2,725 nt of DNA from Naegleria gruberi (taxonomy: Eukaryota). Both the position numbers and the translations under genes were made by a program. Location: assembly GCA_000004985.1 (NCBI GenBank), contig GG739248.1. One strand, given 5' to 3'. The notes under the pieces were generated by a model. That model was not told the DNA's origin and ran no database searches. It saw only the letters and a list, made by a program, of their open reading frames with translations. Position 1 is the first letter of the stretch. Each line of letters opens with the position of its first letter. Of this stretch, positions 1-2,725 are shown piece after piece.

Positions 1-21
1 ACATATAATTAATTTCCACTT

Positions 22-1041
22 CTATTCCATCATATATGAAATTCCCTCATATAAAAAGTAAAATCTTTGATATTTTTCATCAAAACTAATACTAGACACA
101 GTTCCTTCTCCCTTATACTCCTTTTCCACTTTCATACTTTCTAAATTCATTACACAAATCAGTGAAGAGTTAGTGTTGGGGAAGAGAACTTTTCTGCTTG
201 ATGGTTCATAACACAAACACCAAATTGATTGTGTGGTGCTGAGTTGACTAGTTTCAAATTGGAGGTTGTGAGATAATTTACACTTGAAAAATGATTTTTC
301 TCTTGTGACAATTAAGAATAGATCCAACTCTTTCGAATAAATCATACCCATTGGTTTTCCAAGAGTCACACCTCCAAAATCATAAACTACTTTCAGCAAG
401 TTACCATCCAAGGAATCGTACAGTTTCAATCTTTTGTTATCAGTATCGGCAACAACAATTAAATTTCCCCTAACATTCGAATACTTTCCATTCGACTCGA
501 CACATACTACTGATCGACCATATGAAAATCCCTCCTCAGAATACGAATCATATCTCAATCCTTTAACCCAAATACAGTTAGTTTCCTTTCCAGATTTACT
601 ATTCTCAATCCACTCCTTAATATTATACTTGTATAATCTTTGATCAGAGCTGAGAAATATTAAATAATCAATAATTTGAGAATTTATATCCACGAAACTT
701 TCCAAACACATTGCCCTCACAGAATAGTACATGGTGTGAACTAATTTTGTTATTGGATTTCCTCCCTGCAAGTTTCGAATAATATTTCCATCATCATTCA
801 GATAGACAGTTAGTCCATACTGTCCGAAACCAAAATTCTCCTCCACAATAATATAATCACCATATGATAACAATATACTAATTCCACCACCGCCACGAGC
901 TTTCTTCAGATTAGTTTCATTTAATTTGATTTTTAAATTAAATATATCCAATTGCTTATGATGATCGAGACGAAATTTGTCTAATAATTGTGATGATCCG
1001 ATGGATTGATCGAGTAAGAGAATGAGTTGATCATTTGACAT
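22..1041 (-). CDS. Hypothetical protein with NHL-repeat-like / six-bladed beta-propeller-like sequence pattern (complete ORF, ATG at 1041, TAG stop at 22-24)
   Basis: It is an uninterrupted 339-codon ORF and the longest in the window. The A-rich start context aaaaaaaATG is seen on the minus strand. The translation has recurring motifs typical of NHL/propeller blades. Examples: 'GNLIVVADTDNKRLKLYDSLDGNLLKVV', 'GKPMGMIYSKELDLFLIVTREKSFF', 'YGLTVYLNDDGNIIRNL'. The pattern is a hydrophobic strand, then VAD-xx-N-x-R-[IL]-x-x-[FY]-D, then a G-rich turn. Amino-acid composition is not low-complexity. The antisense 69-aa ORF (434..643) is nested inside and explained by it. The functional call is by motif recognition only; no search was run. 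Confidence 0.6.
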   Translation of the reverse strand: MSNDQLILLLDQSIGSSQLLDKFRLDHHKQLDIFNLKIKLNETNLKKARGGGGISILLSYGDYIIVEENFGFGQYGLTVYLNDDGNIIRNLQGGNPITKLVHTMYYSVRAMCLESFVDINSQIIDYLIFLSSDQRLYKYNIKEWIENSKSGKETNCIWVKGLRYDSYSEEGFSYGRSVVCVESNGKYSNVRGNLIVVADTDNKRLKLYDSLDGNLLKVVYDFGGVTLGKPMGMIYSKELDLFLIVTREKSFFKCKLSHNLQFETSQLSTTQSIWCLCYEPSSRKVLFPNTNSSLICVMNLESMKVEKEYKGEGTVSSISFDEKYQRFYFLYEGISYMME

Positions 1042-1183
1042 TTTTTTAATTATTGGAAATAAGAAAGATAAACCTGTAAAAAATTTTGAGTGGTTAAACT
1101 ACAAAGTGAACTATTTACTAGTTTTTCATTAACAAATTATTAAGGACTAATTTCGATTTTTCACAACATTATTTGTCAACCTG

Positions 1184-1569
1184 TACAGCACGTTTACTTC
1201 AAATTTGACGCGTTTTTTGAAAGAAAATAAATTAGTTAGAAAAAATTTTGTTGTTCTTCTGCTGTCAAATCCAAAATAAGCATTTCAATAGAACAACACC
1301 TAACCACTCGTTCTTACTCATTTCTACATATTTTTGAGAATGCTGCCACCCCAAGGGGTATGTCAATGCGAGGATTCATAATTTGAAGTCAGATTTCAAA
1401 ACTACCTTAATTCCATCGAGAAATTAGCATTTTGTTGAATAAAATATTATCGTTACAGATTCTTTTCAAATGGAGTTGAGTTTACTTGCCAAATCAAAAT
1501 TGAAAGATGAAATACTTTAAATTTTAAAAAAAACAATTTTAATTTCCCCAAATCTTGTCAAACTTGAAG
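1184..1569. repeat. Copy 1 of a 386-bp direct tandem repeat unit
   Basis: Direct reading shows 1184..1569 aligns base-for-base with 1570..1955 at a constant offset of 386 and no indels. I count 6 substitutions, at roughly 1234/1235, 1251, 1305, 1359 and 1473, matching 1620/1621, 1637, 1691, 1745 and 1859. Weaker homology extends about 12 bp to the left of copy 1: 'ttgtcaacctg' versus the unit-end 'ttgtcaaacttgaag'. Confidence 0.9.
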
Positions 1570-1588
1570 TACAGCACGTTTACTTCAA
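1564..1588. repeat. Inter-unit junction hairpin: 8-bp inverted repeat TTGAAGTA / TACTTCAA around 9-nt spacer CAGCACGTT
   Basis: 1564..1571 'ttgaagta' is the reverse complement of 1581..1588 'tacttcaa'. The hairpin arises because the truncated right-end sequence of unit 1 abuts the left TIR of unit 2. Confidence 0.7.
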
Positions 1589-1955
1589 ATTTGACGCGTT
1601 TTTTGAAAGAAAATAAATTGTTTAGAAAAAATTTTGCTGTTCTTCTGCTGTCAAATCCAAAATAAGCATTTCAATAGAACAACACCTAATCACTCGTTCT
1701 TACTCATTTCTACATATTTTTGAGAATGCTGCCACCCCAAGGGGCATGTCAATGCGAGGATTCATAATTTGAAGTCAGATTTCAAAACTACCTTAATTCC
1801 ATCGAGAAATTAGCATTTTGTTGAATAAAATATTATCGTTACAGATTCTTTTCAAATGAAGTTGAGTTTACTTGCCAAATCAAAATTGAAAGATGAAATA
1901 CTTTAAATTTTAAAAAAAACAATTTTAATTTCCCCAAATCTTGTCAAACTTGAAG
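1570..1955. repeat. Copy 2 of the 386-bp direct tandem repeat unit
   Basis: The evidence is the same as for copy 1: about 98% identity and head-to-tail orientation. Confidence 0.9.
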
Positions 1956-1977
1956 TAAACGTGCTGTAAACGTGCTG
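1956..1977. repeat. 11-bp tandem duplication TAAACGTGCTG x2 (+ partial 'TAACG' at 1978..1982) = reverse complement of the unit-start core CAGCACGTTTA
   Basis: Read directly: 1956..1966 equals 1967..1977, both 'taaacgtgctg'. The revcomp 'cagcacgttta' occurs at 1186..1196 and 1572..1582. Confidence 0.85.
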
Positions 1978-2136
1978 TAACGATATTTAAAACAATATTC
2001 GAAAATACATACTGGATACATGCCATCTTTAGTATCTTTCCAACTTTACAAATAAGGTAATTATGTTAGTCCATACGAGCGACAGTAACTTTTGTGCATT
2101 TTCTATACAATCGTGAGCAGTAATCAAATATTTGTT

Positions 2137-2143
2137 TATATAA
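2137..2143 (+). promoter_or_regulatory. TATA-like element TATATAA upstream of ORF2
   Basis: The sequence 'tttgtttatataacaac' places TATATAA about 69-75 bp upstream of the ATG at 2212. Position and sequence are consistent with a eukaryotic core promoter. This is a sequence match only. Confidence 0.25.
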
Positions 2144-2211
2144 CAACAACATTGTTTTTCATTTTCGTTGTGTTTAGTCTTGGATAACAAACTTAAAAGA
2201 AATAACAAGAA

Positions 2212-2673
2212 ATGGAACAAGTTAAAGTTTACAGAAGTGCAGTTATTAATGCGAGTGTGGAGACTGTGTGGCAAGTTGTGAAGAATTTCAACGAGCTTCC
2301 AAAGTGGACGGGTGTTGTTTCGGATAGTGTATTGGAAGGTGGAATGCAAGATAATTCAATTGGATGTGTGAGAGTTGTTTCTCTGTTGAATCCGAATCCT
2401 CAAGATGATAGACCAATTAGAGAACAATTAATTGCCTATGATTCAAGAAATCACTCCTTCACATACAAGATTTTAAGTGGACCTAAACCTTTCGAATATT
2501 TTAATGAATATTATGCAACAGTAACTTTAGTCAAAATTACAGATTCTAATCAGACATTCATTGAGTGGAAATCTGAATTTACCTGTCCACAAGGAAACCA
2601 AGAACAATTCGAGAAATTTGCAGGTGCAGTTTACATGAAGGGAATTAAATCTCTTCAACAACAATTTCCTTAA
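2212..2673 (+). CDS. SRPBCC / Bet v1-fold 'polyketide cyclase-dehydrase-like' (Polyketide_cyc2-type) small ligand-binding protein, 153 aa, complete (ATG 2212, TAA 2671-2673)
   Basis: The ORF is complete with start context agaaATG. Its N-terminus 'VYRSAVINASVETVWQVVKNFNELPKWTGVVSDSVLEGG' matches the hallmark pattern of the SRPBCC family: [IV]x[AS]SxExVWxxVxDFxxLPxW, then a glycine-rich loop. It goes on with 'GCVRVVSL', 'IREQLIAYDSRNHSFTYKILSGPKPFEYFNEYYATVTLVKITDSNQTFIEWKSEF'. That follows the family pattern: a beta-strand, 'E.L...D...h.f.Y.i..gp.P...y......l', then a 'T.v.W' strand. The length of about 150 aa is typical of the single-domain family. An AATAAA lies 9-14 nt downstream of the stop. 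Confidence 0.65.
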   Translation: MEQVKVYRSAVINASVETVWQVVKNFNELPKWTGVVSDSVLEGGMQDNSIGCVRVVSLLNPNPQDDRPIREQLIAYDSRNHSFTYKILSGPKPFEYFNEYYATVTLVKITDSNQTFIEWKSEFTCPQGNQEQFEKFAGAVYMKGIKSLQQQFP

Positions 2674-2681
2674 ATTGTTAC

Positions 2682-2687
2682 AATAAA
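2682..2687 (+). promoter_or_regulatory. Putative polyadenylation signal AATAAA for ORF2 transcript
   Basis: AATAAA begins 9 nt after the TAA stop at 2671..2673 ('taaattgttacAATAAAtttcaac'). A short 3'UTR with a canonical hexamer is typical of compact AT-rich eukaryotic genomes. Confidence 0.3.
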
Positions 2688-2725
2688 TTTCAACATTTGA
2701 AAAGAAATCTTCAAAATTGGATGAA

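Larger units (their letters stand above)
1184..1979. mobile_element. Putative non-autonomous foldback/MITE-like element (TA-flanked, 19-26 bp TIRs) comprising the two tandem 386-bp units; possibly Tc1/mariner-superfamily-derived
   Basis: The left end TACAGCACGTTTACTTCAA (1184..1202) is the exact reverse complement of TTGAAGTAAACGTGCTGTA at 1950..1968. This is 19/19 bp, and 25/26 over 1184..1209 versus 1943..1968. If the TIR proper is CAGCACG...CGTGCTG (1186..1966), it is flanked by TA on both sides (1184-1185 and 1967-1968), as expected for a TA target-site duplication. There is no ORF >60 aa inside. The location is intergenic. A second overlapping copy of the right TIR core, from the 11-bp duplication, gives an alternative right boundary at 1977-1979. 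Confidence 0.4.

Noticed and set aside
434-643. 69-aa ORF on the + strand
   Set aside because: It is entirely nested antisense within the 339-aa ORF1. There is no start context and it has no recognisable motifs. It is an expected by-product of an AT-rich coding region.
1199-1208. 10-bp perfect palindrome TCAAATTTGA (repeated at 1585..1594) as a standalone regulatory site
   Set aside because: It is real in the sequence but short and AT-rich. Such palindromes arise by chance at appreciable frequency in AT-rich DNA. I mention it only within the element finding, not as an independent binding-site claim.
1355-1361. 'ccccaagggg' (and the 1741..1747 copy) as a hairpin or G-quadruplex-like motif
   Set aside because: A 4-bp stem with a 2-nt loop is sterically implausible. 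There are too few G-runs for a quadruplex.
1184-1955. Possibility that the 386-bp units encode an RNA gene (tRNA, SL RNA, 5S rRNA or snRNA), since such genes are often tandemly repeated
   Set aside because: By eye there is no tRNA T-loop or anticodon-arm structure, no match to the nematode SL1 22-mer, and no 5S-like sequence. The units are AT-rich with A/T runs, unlike structured RNAs. A covariance-model scan (Infernal/Rfam, tRNAscan) would be the proper test.
2029-2349. 106-aa ORF on the - strand overlapping the ORF2 start
   Set aside because: The translation is low-complexity (FHFLLFLLSLLSKTKHNENEK…) and comes from AT-rich promoter sequence plus the antisense of the ORF2 5' end. It overlaps a much better-supported CDS and the TATA-like element. 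I judge it spurious.
1-2725. Prokaryotic interpretation with an operon or defence-island context
   Set aside because: There is no Shine-Dalgarno upstream of either ATG. There is a 1.17-kb non-coding spacer between divergent genes. Both ATGs sit in A-rich, Kozak-like contexts, with an AATAAA right after the ORF2 stop and a TATATAA upstream. These signals favour a eukaryotic origin. I saw no CRISPR repeats, toxin-antitoxin pairs or other defence-system hallmarks.

Overview
This 2.7-kb window is AT-rich (about one-third GC) and looks eukaryotic. It holds two divergently transcribed protein-coding ORFs without introns, separated by about 1.17 kb of non-coding DNA. ORF1 (22..1041, minus strand, 339 aa) has a recurring hydrophobic-strand / VADxxNxR / G-rich-turn pattern typical of NHL-type beta-propeller blades. 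ORF2 (2212..2673, plus strand, 153 aa) has the N-terminal signature and length of an SRPBCC / Bet v1-fold 'polyketide cyclase-dehydrase-like' ligand-binding domain. The organism looks eukaryotic for these reasons: A-rich start contexts (aaaaaaaATG and agaaATG), an AATAAA 14 bp past the ORF2 stop, a TATATAA about 70 bp upstream of ORF2, no Shine-Dalgarno sequence, and a long intergenic spacer. Codon usage (GGA/AGA/CCA/CAA) is compatible with a nematode or another AT-rich eukaryote. I cannot identify the species, and a bacterium with a weak Shine-Dalgarno and low GC is not fully excluded. The most notable structure is in the intergenic spacer: a 386-bp unit is present twice in perfect tandem (1184..1569 and 1570..1955) with 6 substitutions and no indels, about 98% identity. 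The array is bounded by a 19-bp perfect terminal inverted repeat, TACAGCACGTTTACTTCAA (26 bp allowing 1 mismatch). Each end sits next to a TA dinucleotide. The right end also carries an 11-bp tandem duplication of the TIR core (TAAACGTGCTG, two copies). No ORF lies inside the array. I read it as a non-autonomous, TA-flanked, foldback/MITE-like element with an internal tandem duplication, possibly Tc1/mariner-related. It lies between two divergent promoters, 143 bp from the ORF1 ATG and about 233 bp from the ORF2 ATG. Nothing here amounts to a multi-gene 'system'. The repeat element and the possibly horizontally acquired, intronless SRPBCC gene are the points worth follow-up.
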